DNA from: Lepidodermella squamata
Taxonomy: Eukaryota > Animalia > Gastrotricha
DNA length: 64,000 bases
Assembly: GCA_047495785.1 (NCBI GenBank)
Contig: JBLDXI010000045.1
Coordinates: 744,001-808,000 of the forward strand
Direction of reading: 5' to 3'
The notes under the pieces are model-generated. The model saw nothing but the letters and a program-made list of their open reading frames with translations, searched no databases and was not told the DNA's origin. The number at the start of each line of letters is the position of its first letter. Position 1 is the first letter of the stretch. The position numbers and the translations under genes were made by a program. Of the stretch, positions 38,001 to 49,777 are shown piece by piece.

Positions 38001-41000
38001 GATGATTCGACTACGCTGAGAATGTCGACCCAAATCGCGAACACGATTACTCGCACGTTTTTCCTCGTCAATTCTGGATCGATTGGGGTTGATATTACGA
38101 CAGCCATCACTTCATCGCCAACTACTCAAAGCGCAGACCAGCCAGATCTTGGAAATGTGAAGATGTTTTCCGTCCAGCCGAGTCAGTTCACGTTGTTGCC
38201 AAAGCAAAAAATGCAAATCTGCGTTAAATTTGAGCCGTTTGGGCTGGGTGCAAATGAAATGTGCGCTGGTTTCCTGAGTTTCTACACCGACCCGCCGCAA
38301 AGTGGAGCGCCCGGTCAGTTGCCCGCGCTTGACGTATCGCTTATCGGCCTGGTAACTCCGGCTCCTGTTGAGCAAATTTCATCGAATCGAGGATCAGTTT
38401 CTTCGTCTTCGTTGCCTGGCAGTGCGCATTCGACCCCAGGTTCGCAGATAATGGCGCTGGATTCGAGGCAGAATTCGCAACAGCGGCCGGGATTTGCGAG
38501 CAACTCTGGCAGTGAAAGTGCGAATAGCTCTGCGTCGTCCACCAACAGCCGCCGTACACTTGTCACCAGCCATCAACGAGTCGTATGGTGGGGCGTCGAT
38601 CCGGGTCAGCAAATTGAACAAGTAAGCGGTTTTCATATTTCTACTGCAAACTGGTAGTTCAGGACTGAAACAAAAAAAGATCTATGAAATTCGCAAATTT
38701 TCGGGACAATTGAAATGCAATTGAATTTGAATTTTCAGGCAAATGAAGAAACTAGTCGGAAAAACGACACCCGTATGCCAAATTAGGCACTTGGGCGCTA
38801 AGTTCGCATAAGGTTTTGATCCCACTGAAAATTTCAATCGCTCTAGTTTTTTTGAATATAGTTTCATTCGGATGAATTCATAGGATTCGTCAGCCAAGCT
38901 ACTGTTTTATTTTGTTTTGTTTTTCTTAAAAAGTCATAAAAACGTTAGGCAGTCAATGAGACCTTGCGGAAACGGCTGTTGAGTCAGATTTAGCAGAAAT
39001 TTTTTCTTAGATGTCGATTTTTTCGATTGAAAAAATAAAAAAACCCTTTTTGAATTTGAACGCTTACCGAGAAGCAACGGAATAATGAAATTCGGGTTTC
39101 AGATTCTTGTAGGCAACATCTAAAAGTAGTATTCTGCAAAAGGAGACAACAATTCGAAAAATTGGCCGAGCTGTGAACTTGCAAAGTCGAAATTCCGAAA
39201 TCGTCCTTATGGCCGTGAAAGGGTTAATACTTGGATAAATTTGAGAGCTTAGCATATAATAAAACTCGAAATAGTACTTGAAATTTCCAGGTTCCGGCTA
39301 AAATTGGGTAATTTCTTTTATTGCTGATATTTTCTGAAAAAAATCTGAAAGTCGAGTGTGATAAAACTGCATTCATATCTCTCAATTATATCAACTTTAT
39401 AATTATTTTCGATAGATTGTCAATTTGCGAAATGTTGGCTCGGACGAAGTTAGTGTTCGAATTTCCATTCGAGACCACAATGCCGATCCTCAACAACCAG
39501 CGTTCGTGCTCGCTGGGTCGACCTCACTCGCCGCCCCTCTTCTAGCCACCCTACCAGGCGCGTCCGACTTCCCTATGCGGATCATCTTCCGAGCCCAGCC
39601 GCAACACCAAAGTCGAGTCGCCATTGCGAAAATGCAAATCAAGGTGCTAGCATCTGGCGCAGGGTCTGTCCCGCCCGGTCTCAAGTTCTGCATACCGCTA
39701 TTCGGCGCCGTTGGAACTGCCGCCATGTCAGCTGAGGGCGCGACTCTTCGCACAACCAGTGCCGGTCACTACTACGCAATAATCGGAACAGTCCCAGTTG
39801 GAGTTCGCCGGTCAGTGCGGCTCACTCTGAAAAACAACGGCTCTAGAAACGCGTTTTTCACCGCTTTACCATTCGCTGATATGAGCTGCACGCAGCGTTT
39901 GGGCCACTCAAAACTAGTCTGCACGCCACCTCAAGCCTGTTTGACGCCGAATGAAACCGTCGAACTGGCTGTTGATCTGTATGTCAGTGATCGAGAGGCT
40001 GCGTTATGCGCCGAGCGGTCTTACATCGTCGCGTGTCTGCAAATCGTGTTTGGCGATAACGATTTGCGGGTTATGGCAGGTCGCGCGTTGTCCACGATGA
40101 AGCCGACTGAAATCCGCAAGTTGCTGGACGAAACTGCTATGGAGCTGATTCGAGGCGGTTCAGCGGCGACTGGTGACGAGTTGCCGCGAAATATGTCCGG
40201 CAATCTGGCTCAGACAGAAGCGTGGCCCGAGCATTTACGGCTGTTTTCTCGCCATTGCCGGCGGTTGTACGTGGCGCTGGTCGGCGAACGGACGTCAAAT
40301 TCCGAGGCGAAGGGTGGCAGCGATTTCGATGAAGAAACTTTGCAGCATACGATGTTGCTGGACGATACTCAAGCGACAATCATGTTCCCACCGCCGATTA
40401 TGAATGCCGAACGAGGCCTGAACTCAATAGCCAGCTTGGTGGAACAGAGATCTGGTCCCAAGTGAGTTTTTCTCCGCTTCTTATAGGAATCCCAGTGGAT
40501 GCCCTAAATTTTAGGTTTCAGCATACGATTTTCCCAAAATATGCATTTTTAGGCTGGATTTATAAATTTTTATCTTCCCGTTTCAATTTTCTGTTTATTT
40601 TTCAGCTCTCAACTGCCCCGGGTTCCGATTGCGGCTGCCCCATCGTTGCCCACTGTCTACGACTCGCCGAATTCTCAACGCAACTCGTCAAGCTTCCAAA
40701 ACTCGCCAGCTCATGGAATCCGCCTGCTACCTAGCGAATTGCTCCTGACTGCCCTATCAGACTCGCGGACGATGATGCTGATCAACGACACATCGTCACC
40801 AACCGATTTCGAAGCGGAATGGGCGGCGCATATTCTCATCGTTGAGCCGCCGAAAGGGACGCTGCCTTCGAACGGCACCGCTACCATCAACGTGAGACTG
40901 GCACCTGGAGCCGCTGCATTTGTCGATTCGGCGCAACAGCAATGGGTAGGCCGGGTCGGAGTCAGAACCGCATCTGGCAGCCGGTTGGAAAGCGTTGTCC

Positions 41001-44000
41001 GAGTTCATTTGAGTTCGTCAGTTCAAACTTCGAATAACATGCCGCCTCCGCCGAGTATTCCGAATTCAGCCCAACGGGCTAGGATGATGCAGGCGAGCAG
41101 GAACGAACCGGTTGTTCAAATCGTCTTCGGATCACGTGACTGCCCGCACCCGCCGGCCGCTCGTCTAGATTTCGGGAAAATCCAGCTATCGTCCGACCAG
41201 ATACAACGAAAATTGGGCCTGCGGCTTGAAAACGACCAGCCATTCCAAGTTTCATGGCAAATGGAGGAGTTGAGTGCCTACGCGCTGGCTAGTCTGCCTG
41301 GTTCGAACAGTGGGGCTCAAGTTCCGGCGGCGAATTCTGCGAATCGGTGTGTTCCATCGATATTTTCGTTCATTCCGAATAAAAGCGGCATTTTGGCGCC
41401 AAATGGCGGGCAAGTGACGCTGAAATGCGTTTTCCAACCGCCGTCGGCGAAGCAATCGCAAGATATCAACTATTTGCAGCACTTTCTGCTGACAATCAAG
41501 GGTACGACGGGCTGGACGGCTGAGACGAGGATTTCGGCGGTCGCGAGTCTCGTTACCTCGAATGCGTCTGTCAACCAATCAGTGGCGAATAGCACGAATT
41601 TGTCGATGAGCATGGCTGATCAGTCGCAAATGAGCCGCGTTTCGAATTCGTCGACTTGTTCCGCAGCGCCGTTGAGTGCGAGCCGCCGGCCGGCGTTCGG
41701 TCAGAGGATTTCGCGGTGCCTTGTCTGCCCGGGTGAAAAACACGAATTCCAGAAAGTCGTTAGACCAGGTTCGTTTTTCTTTCATTACCTGCCTATACAT
41801 TTTCTTCGGTAGCAGAATGTTTGGACTTCTTGATTTTAAATCTGATAAGAGGGCTTGAAAAGATGAAATTTTCCATATTTCCCGCAATTCTGTAACTATC
41901 AGTCCTTCTTGCGCATTTAATGTGAAGCTGGCTGTGGGACATGGATACGCATGATCTAGGGTTACAAAGGGCGGTTTTTTGGAAAATTCTAAGAAAATTA
42001 ACCATCTGCGAATTTGATTTGTGTTAATAATAGTAGTAATAGTAGCGTAGCTGTTGATAGCTCTTACCGCTCTACTCTCCTATGGAGTACTCTACCATTG
42101 ACGTTTTGCCCATGAAAATATGAATGGACCCTGTAAAGGACAGGATGATACCTGTGCTCAAAATGCAAAAGGAAACGAACGTTGAAAAAACAAAGAAAAG
42201 GGAAACAACATAATACCGTTTTTAGTAGAAAATATCAATTGAGCCGCGACAAGTGAAAACCGTAGCTTACGACATTTTTTTCAAATTCGAGTTCATTGCA
42301 TGGTCTAATGCAGTTTTTCGCGCTCATTCCAAATCTGAAACCCATTTTTTAACATCTGCTACCGTTCTCAAGATATTGGCAATTGAGTGCGCGCACATTA
42401 AAATTGCAATTTTTCAGGAGAAGCAAAAAACTAAATCAAAAGATTCGCACATTTAATAGCGACAAAATTTGATGAAACCTTTGCAATATGCGTTGACCGA
42501 AACGCCTCATTTAGTGGTTTTAATGGCCAACTAGTGCAGTTTGAGTCGTAGATTCTGAATTTTGCATTATTATGAACCTAAGCCCTGCCGATCTACCTTA
42601 ATCGAACTCTTTTTTGCCAAGGACTCATTTTCGCAATTCCCCACTGTTATTGCGTCTCTGTTTTTATGCTCTGTTTTTAAGCTGTGTGCCAACGAAACCG
42701 CCAATTGCGACGAGCTGAAAGGCTCGCCTTTTTATAACCAGCCGTTATAACCAATAAGCAGCATACCACAGACGCAATTTGAGTTTCAGACTTAACAGCG
42801 GTCCTCAAAACATCCACTCACGTTGCATAAGTTTTTTTATCGCAATCGGTTTCCACCGGCACACTGCTCATTTTTCACAAAATTTAATGTGCCAGGCTGG
42901 CATTTATCCGTTCTGCAATCAGGGTACGATAAAATCTGAATAAATAAATCTGGAAAAAGTATCTGCAACAGGCCCAGCCGAAATGATTAGCTTGGATAAA
43001 TAATGCGAAGTACCAATGGCCTAATTTGATAGTTTCCGTTAAATCGACGATCCCTCTTCTCACAATCAACAATAGTATTGAGCTTTTTATGTTGATTCAT
43101 AGCTATAGCAGTCTTTACTTCAAAAATCATGCTACATTAATGGCTCGTTAAATAACTTTTAAAATTTTCGAGAGGTCCCAAAAATTAAAAATTGAAGATC
43201 TTATGCACGAAAAGTGTTCAAATTTTGTTGACATAAGCCGGGCTATGTCGTGTCCCAGACATAATTAATTTTTATGCTAGATAGGGTGCTCGGCTCTACT
43301 CTAGCTGCAGTCATTTCACGGAGAAATTCGGAAAATTAATGGGAAAACAAAGAAAACAGTATTCTTTCATGAAATTCATCCTATGATTTAACAATCTTGA
43401 TTTCAACGGCGATTTACCCTCTTCCTTCAAATTCAGTATTTATTCATGCCACAGGAACCTCGCCCTATTCATAGATATGATGGCAAATCACCAAAAGCTA
43501 CATTAATCATAGAGATGATGGAAAAATCGCACTAAAAATTCCGATTTTTACGTTTTTTTATGAGCCATCCGCATTCCGCACGTTATCGTCAAAGGTCAAG
43601 TTTCGAATTTGTGGGCGGTTTTTATGTCTAAAAATACTACAAGTAACAAGCTTTGAAATGAATATAGTGTTCTCGCTCGAAAAATGTAATGGTAAAAAGT
43701 TTTACGCGCACCCCAAATTTACCACAGCATGCGTGAAAAATGCGTAAATTTCATGCTTTTTGACGCACTCGCATTTTTAGGTTATAGCATGAAAACTATA
43801 CATCACAGAGAAAATCGGATTGCACCAGCAGATTCCTCATGAAAAACTGCACTAGAAAATCATGAAAAGTCGATTTTGACAAAATTCACCTATCACGCCT
43901 TCTTTGCGTTCTTGTGAAAATTTCTCACAAGTGCGTAAGCTACGGTTTTCACTTGTCGCGGCTCAATTAAATGGTGGTCTCAAGCTTCAATTCATTTCTT

Positions 44001-44833
44001 TTGAAAAAATATTCGCGAAAATATTCTGACTCATTCTTGCGCATAGATTTCTGGAAAAAAACTTGCGCGTCGATATATTGTTCTAAAAATTCTTACGCCT
44101 GGTCTCATGATTACCTTTGTTTAGGATGATTCCTGGCAAATTTCAAGATTTTAGAATTGCAGGGGAGACTCTCAGTTCACCGAATGTTTAACCATGCTCC
44201 GACCTTTAATTATTGATTTGTCAGGTGGGTATTTAAAATTATGGGTAATCAGCATGCTCAGGTGTTATTTACCTTCGACACGGGCTCGAAATTCAATGCT
44301 AGTTTTCATTAACCATCTGCGAATTTGATTTGTGTCTAAGGTATGTATCTTATCCCTAATCGAATGTGGAGTCCAGGGCGCTTAAGCGAAAGCCGCGCCC
44401 TTTAATATAAAATAAAACAAGAATTGAGTGGGATTGTTGAATTAACACCACGGCCCTATTGTAATGATCGTGACGTGTCAAATGCCAAACAATTTTCAAC
44501 GTAGTTACACGAGTTTTTGATTGCTCAATTGACGCCTTTATATTCTGTTTAGGTGAGACTGTGAAGGAGAAGGTGAACTTGGAAAACCGCAGCTCCACCC
44601 AGCCGCTGCACGTCGAGATCGTCTCCGGGCCATCGCTGCCGTTCTCGACCAAGCACCGGCGCTTCACCATCGAGCCGATGCACTATTTGCACCTGCCCGT
44701 TGTTTTCAAGCCGGTGGCGCCCGGCAGCTTCCGCAGCGAGATGACGCTCAACGCATCGACATCGCCAAACAACGGCAGCGGCGTGCCCGACGAGGTGCTG
44801 ACCATCTCCCTGCTGGCCCAGGCCGGCCTGTGA
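35007..44833 (+). CDS. CEP192: Centrosomal protein 192 (Spd-2 family; tandem ASH/PapD-like domains)
   Basis: Disordered N-terminus followed by Ig-like blocks: VVWWGVDPGQQIEQ, IPLFGAVGTA..EG, LKNNGSRNAF, and final exon KVNLENR..PFSTKHRRFTIEPMHYLHLPVVFKP..G.F resembling the CEP192 C-terminus. Start codon uncertain. Confidence 0.87.
41997..44335 (+). repeat. 28-bp exact direct repeat pair (41997-42024 and 44308-44335)
   Basis: ATTAACCATCTGCGAATTTGATTTGTGT occurs twice in the same intron, bracketing the Sola-like element. Confidence 0.85.
42241..43964. mobile_element. Non-autonomous DNA transposon (Sola-like), 1724 bp, in the last CEP192 intron
   Basis: Perfect 31-bp terminal inverted repeats GAGCCGCGACAAGTGAAAACCGTAGCTTACG (42241-42271 and 43934-43964), with AATT on both sides (42237-42240, 43965-43968). 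No transposase ORF inside. Confidence 0.88.
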
Positions 44834-45460
44834 ACTGAACAATATCTTCTACACTTGTTGTTTGCTCAACAGACGGCCGATCGCCGGCTCGTCGCACGTT
44901 TTTACACTTGTTGAGATTGCCGTGTGTTTGTGTGTATGTGTATGTGTGCTCATCACAAGCCTATTCCTGTTTACGCCAGCAGACTAGTCGCACAAACCAA
45001 CACCCTATTATACCCAAACTATAATAATAAATTTGAAGAAGATTTCATAATATTATTGGCGATCAATCGCCCTTTATACAATTGTTATCACTGAATTATT
45101 TCACCACAACAAACTGCCTGTTATTATTGTATAAAAATCACCTATAACAATCCTTTGTTTTTCTGTCCGGCTTATTAATAATTTTGATGATGATGATATC
45201 GATCTGCTATAATATTGCCTACATGTGAATCGGAGACTTTTGTTTTTAATAATAAAAATTATTCAACGAATCATATCCGTGGAATTTTTACCGAGATCCA
45301 CCTTATCATTCATTGAGTGTATACCTTACACGCGATTGCATCACCCTCCAGCTGAATATGAATCACCACACCCTTTATATACCGCAATTCATGTCCTGAA
45401 ACATACTTATTACTTTCCACACACAGGGACAACTTTTTGTTGCATATATTTGTGTTCTAC

Positions 45461-45898
45461 ATGATGCAAGATTTACTTTTTGGACTTGACGAGCGGATTA
45501 ATAATATGGATTCGGAGCGCCGACCTGCAATCTACATCAGCTATTGCTGGGATGAATCAGCGGCTGATGTGTCGCGAGTTGTCGATCACCTGGTCTCGCT
45601 GAACCAGTTCGACATTTTCTTCATCGACAAACGCCAGTCGCGGCGGGAAAATTTGGTTGGCCGCGTCGAAGAAGGCATCCGGCGAGCCTCTGTCGTACTG
45701 GTCTTCGAATCTGCTGGTTACCAATCATGCTTGGATTGCCAGTTTGAACAGCGCGTAATCGCGGAATATGGCAAGCGGACAATTTCTGTCAACATGGGCG
45801 ATTCGATTTTCGAGAAATCAGTCAATTTTTACGACTCTGAAAACGCACTTTGCGAAATTGTCAAGAAGTTGACCCTGGATACTGGCCAGAAAAATTGA
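45461..45898 (+). CDS. Intronless TIR-only protein (TIR_2-like); start ATG 45461 or 45506
   Basis: IYISYCW (box 1), FIDK, VEEGIRRASVVLVFESAGYQSCLDCQFE and KRTISV match the TIR fold pattern, including the conserved Glu. Confidence 0.82.
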   Translation: MMQDLLFGLDERINNMDSERRPAIYISYCWDESAADVSRVVDHLVSLNQFDIFFIDKRQSRRENLVGRVEEGIRRASVVLVFESAGYQSCLDCQFEQRVIAEYGKRTISVNMGDSIFEKSVNFYDSENALCEIVKKLTLDTGQKN

Positions 45899-46090
45899 AA
45901 AAGATGAATAATAATTTACTCTTATATCACTTGTTGATGCTCATCTTTTTATCACGCTTTGATCGTAAAATAAATTATGCTCGAAAAATGACCTGAATCT
46001 TATTTATTCTTATAAAATAGCAAAGTGATACCAGAGAAATCGAATGATAAATATATCAATAATCCAAACGGTCCTAGTAGTGCTATGATT

Positions 46091-46888
46091 TTAGACTGGA
46101 TCCGCGCAGACGTAGCCACAACCATTGCTGCAACAAAGCTATAAAAAAAGTAGGTCAAATTATACTGGTGTAAATGGCACACATTTTTATGGAAATTACC
46201 TGACCTCGCTGGAGGCAATTATTGCACAAATTCTTACAAGTGTTGATGAGCGTGTTGTTCGTGATATCAGGGCACTTTTTGAACAACAGCCTATTCGGGT
46301 CGACCCCTGGGTGTTTCTGAAGCGTGTCATTGTTAGGCACATCGTAAGGCTCATTCCACGGTTGGTAGATTAGGGGTTGTTTGCATGAGAAGCCGCAACC
46401 TCGGTTTCGGCAGCAAATCAGACCGCGCTGAGCGCAATTATTGCACTGGTTGAAGCAGGTGGGCAGCGTTGACGTTCTATTGATTGCCATCATTGTGTTA
46501 TCGTCCGTCGTGGTGTCGTCTCCGCTGACTGTGGTAGACTGCGTCGTGGGTTCTTCCAGAGGTGGGCACACTTGAATGGGAGCTGTGTACCATGGATAGG
46601 GCGTGGTATAATTTCGGTTCCAGTTGCAGTCAACTCGTCGGCTATTCACGTAGAACACAGCTTCGCAACGACCCCCGCAGTAGTAAGGATTGCAAGTTGC
46701 AGTAGGGAAAGCTTAAAAAATCAGTTATAATTCTCAACTTGATTCCTATATACACAAAACGAACCTTTACAGCGACCGAAAATGCAAGGATTGATGCAAT
46801 CCGATGGTCTGGTGCAGTCGGGCGGAAACTGGGCATGGTTTAGGGAACAAAAGCCCAACAGCAACAAAGTTACAGCTTCAATCTGCAT
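46091..46888 (-). CDS. Secreted cysteine-rich protein with two WAP (four-disulfide-core) domains
   Basis: Signal peptide MQIEAVTLLLLGFCSLNHA. Cys module CINPCIFGRCKAFPTATCNPYYCGGRCEAVFY. WAP1 CPP...CFNQCNNC..CCRNRGCGFSC and WAP2 CPD..CKNLCNNC..Q|LCCSNGCGYVC. Two short introns. Confidence 0.82.
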
Positions 46889-47694
46889 CTTGACTCTTGC
46901 AACGGGGATAAGTTGCGGCGAAACGGTCGCGATAGCAAAATGGTATGGCGTGAGAACGGCAGATTACGCGCTGTTGCAAGGTTTGCTTGCACCTGACTGG
47001 CTTCATTGTTTTAAAATAAACAAAATTGCATGCGATGTTGGGCCCAACTTCATTTTTTAGTCACGTTTTTTTCGGATTAAATAATGAAAAGAGAGAAAAA
47101 ACGCTTTAAACCCGTCAATCCCTAAACATTGAGCCCTATACATATACGACAGCAAATATTGCCAATATTTACCTTTGGCCGAGACAGCATTTTCTTGGAC
47201 AGCGGCAAAAAATGATCGTGTTTAAATGCACTGAAATTGGACTCCAGAATCGTCTAACAAAAATAGGAGACTACATTTCGGGACTTCGGGGTAGGAAAGT
47301 TTCAGCCCTAGGTTTTCGAAGTGATTCATTTGGATCAGATGTAACCCCTGTACATGTATTACATCTTAGCACTAAGGATATACAGAGCAGCCTCCTCAGA
47401 GTAGCCCGTGTCGCGAGCTTTTAGAGCAATTACCCGGTCTCAAATATGCAACATTTGCGTGCCAAGGAGAATCTTGCCCCCGTCTTCAGCCATACCCAAA
47501 AGATTCCGTAAATAATATCAACTCAAAATCGAGCCGATAATTCTTTTATTGTACCATGGGTGCATGGTGCATTTACAAAGTCCTTTGGGGGTCTAAATAG
47601 GGTCTAATTGCCATGAAAAGAAACATCGAACTTTGCGGTTATATTTAGGCTAACAGGAGACTAAAATCATTTCTGCGTTCGGCGACAAGCCAAG

Positions 47695-48701
47695 TTATCT
47701 GTAAATTGGAAGCAATTGTGGCTGCGAACGCCGGAGTTGAGGCAGCGGCGGCTGTTCTAGAAGACGTCTCATCAGTACATAGATCCACAGTTGATTTATC
47801 TGTTGTGCTTTTAAAGGTTGTTCTTTGAGAAAAGTTATCAACTTCTCTTGATTGCTGATATAATTCGGTCGGGCTTCAAGTAGCCTCAGTATTGTCGACA
47901 AAGCGATCGCGTCGATGTTACTTTCAATCGATTCGCCGGCAGTCGAGGACGTTGATGTTTCGGCGATTTTCGAAGCAAATTTAGTAGCTTCCGTGGATTC
48001 CTCAGGCTCGGTATTAGATTGTGAGGAATCAGCTGTGCCCTGGCTGGTTAGTTCCGATATTTCGATGGCAGTGGTAGGTTCAGGTGAAGTTTCTTCTTCG
48101 TCTTCATCTTCGTATTCACGTTCAGTCGCAACTGTTGCATTAGCAAGTTCTTCAGTGTTTGATGCTGTCAAATTCCAAGTTCAAGCTTTGTTAACGCACT
48201 TTTATTGCATATCTTTCTTACTTGGAATGCAACCATTAGGAGTGATATTCCAGGTTCCATCGTGTTGGCAAAAATACTCTTCATTCGGACCATCGACTCG
48301 ATAACCGATCTCGCAAGTGATGACCAAATGCTCACCAAGAGGAACCACTTCACCTACATTCACTCCGTATTCATGTAACGGGAAGTGCCCAAAGACGGAG
48401 TATCTACGGGACTTGAGTTGGAAGGCGTTAGACAACTGCGGAATCAAACAGCCTTCCTACGAAATTGCCTTACGCATAGAAATAATATCATCTATGCATT
48501 CAAAGACAGCTAACCTCTTCATCTTCGTATTCCTCCTCGGAAGCATTAAGACCCCCCTGCAAAACGATGATTTACTGTCTGGAGTCATATGTATTTAATA
48601 CAGAGACATACCGTGTCTGGTTGATCCAAAGGGTTCGATGCTGCCAGCGACAGAACAGCGGTTGCTCCGCTTAGAAAAAGAAGCATTGCTAATCTTGACA
48701 T
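47695..48701 (-). CDS. Secreted single-sushi(CCP) + acidic/mucin-like protein, paralogue A (frameshifted C-terminus; may be a pseudogene)
   Basis: Exons 48612-48701 (signal peptide), 48515-48556 (GGLNASEEEYEDEE), 48222-48456 (CCP: C..C..GY..C..GTW..C) and 47695-48164. Confidence 0.78.
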
Positions 48702-49209
48702 GCTAGGAATACCAATATGAGATAGGGTATTTGACGGATGAGGTTCGACAACATTAAGGGTAAACCTTAAATACAAGGCAAGACTTGGACATTGTTCAAA
48801 TAAAATATAGGGCTGCGTCTCATGATTCGTATAATACGGTATGTTAATTAGTTCTCAGGTCGACTGGAAAGCATTTTCATCAAGCTCGAAAGGTCACAGA
48901 GGAAGTTTGTATTTAAAATAAAATCGTATTAGATTCCATACTTGTTCAGCAGTTAACGCATGATTATGATTTGATTTGCCAATGCAACGCTCCTGTGCTT
49001 TTTCTGTACAAAGAAACACGTGTTCGGAAGTCCGTTAGGAGTCAGGCCTTGTCAGGTGGTGAGTTACACCTGCATTTCAATTACCCACAGACATTGTTTA
49101 TTTGCCGCTGTTATACCAGCTGGTTTATTTTATAAACTCCAAAATTGTCTCGTGATAGGTTTTTTCATGCCATTTGTAATTCGTAGCAGCCTTGGTCGTA
49201 GTGGTTTGA

Positions 49210-49536
49210 AAGTGGCTGAGGGAATCTCGTAAAACCGATGGCGGAATCGAATGGGCCTTCAAACGTTTGCTGCGATCATTCGAGCAACGCAGCGTTTTCG
49301 TGTCTTTCGACATTGACAGTATTGCATCGAGCTACTGCCCGGGCGTCAGCTGTCCAGGGGTTGTCGGGTTGACTGCAGAGGAAGCTATGGATATCGCATT
49401 TACAGCTGGAAAGTGGAACAACACCAAGCTGATCAAAGTCTCGGAATACAACCCGGTAATAGAGGAAGACAAAACTGGGCGATTGCTTGGACATCTTATC
49501 TATGCGTTCATGTGCTGTGTTGCCTTGCGCAATTAA
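49210..49536 (+). pseudogene. 5'-truncated ureohydrolase (arginase/agmatinase/formiminoglutamase family) C-terminal fragment
   Basis: VFVSFDIDSIASSYCPGVSCPGVVGLT fits the arginase-family signature with one mismatch, plus SEYNP..ED.TGRL. In-frame TGA at 49207-49209 and no N-terminal half upstream. AATAAA follows the stop. Confidence 0.8.
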
Positions 49537-49777
49537 ACTAGAAAATAAAAGACTCGTTCTACACTAATGGTATGTCTAATGTATAATAATATGGTAAAAT
49601 ATGGTGTTTTTTCCCCGATTTTTTCAGCTATACCCAAAAGATTCCGTATAATATCAACTCAAAATCGATAATGCTCTTATTACGCCTTTTATTGTATCAT
49701 GTGCGCAAGTAGCAAGTCCTTTGTAGGTCTAAATAGTGCTTATGGTAGGGCTAAATAGGGCTTATGGTGACTGGTGG

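Noticed and set aside
39215-39228. AAAGGGTTAA, resembling a piggyBac end, in a CEP192 intron
   Set aside because: No matching TTAACCCT partner end found in the intron.
49207-49209. In-frame TGA before the ureohydrolase fragment read as selenocysteine or readthrough
   Set aside because: It lies about 15 nt from the duplication junction with no upstream coding half and no evident SECIS. Truncation is the simpler explanation.
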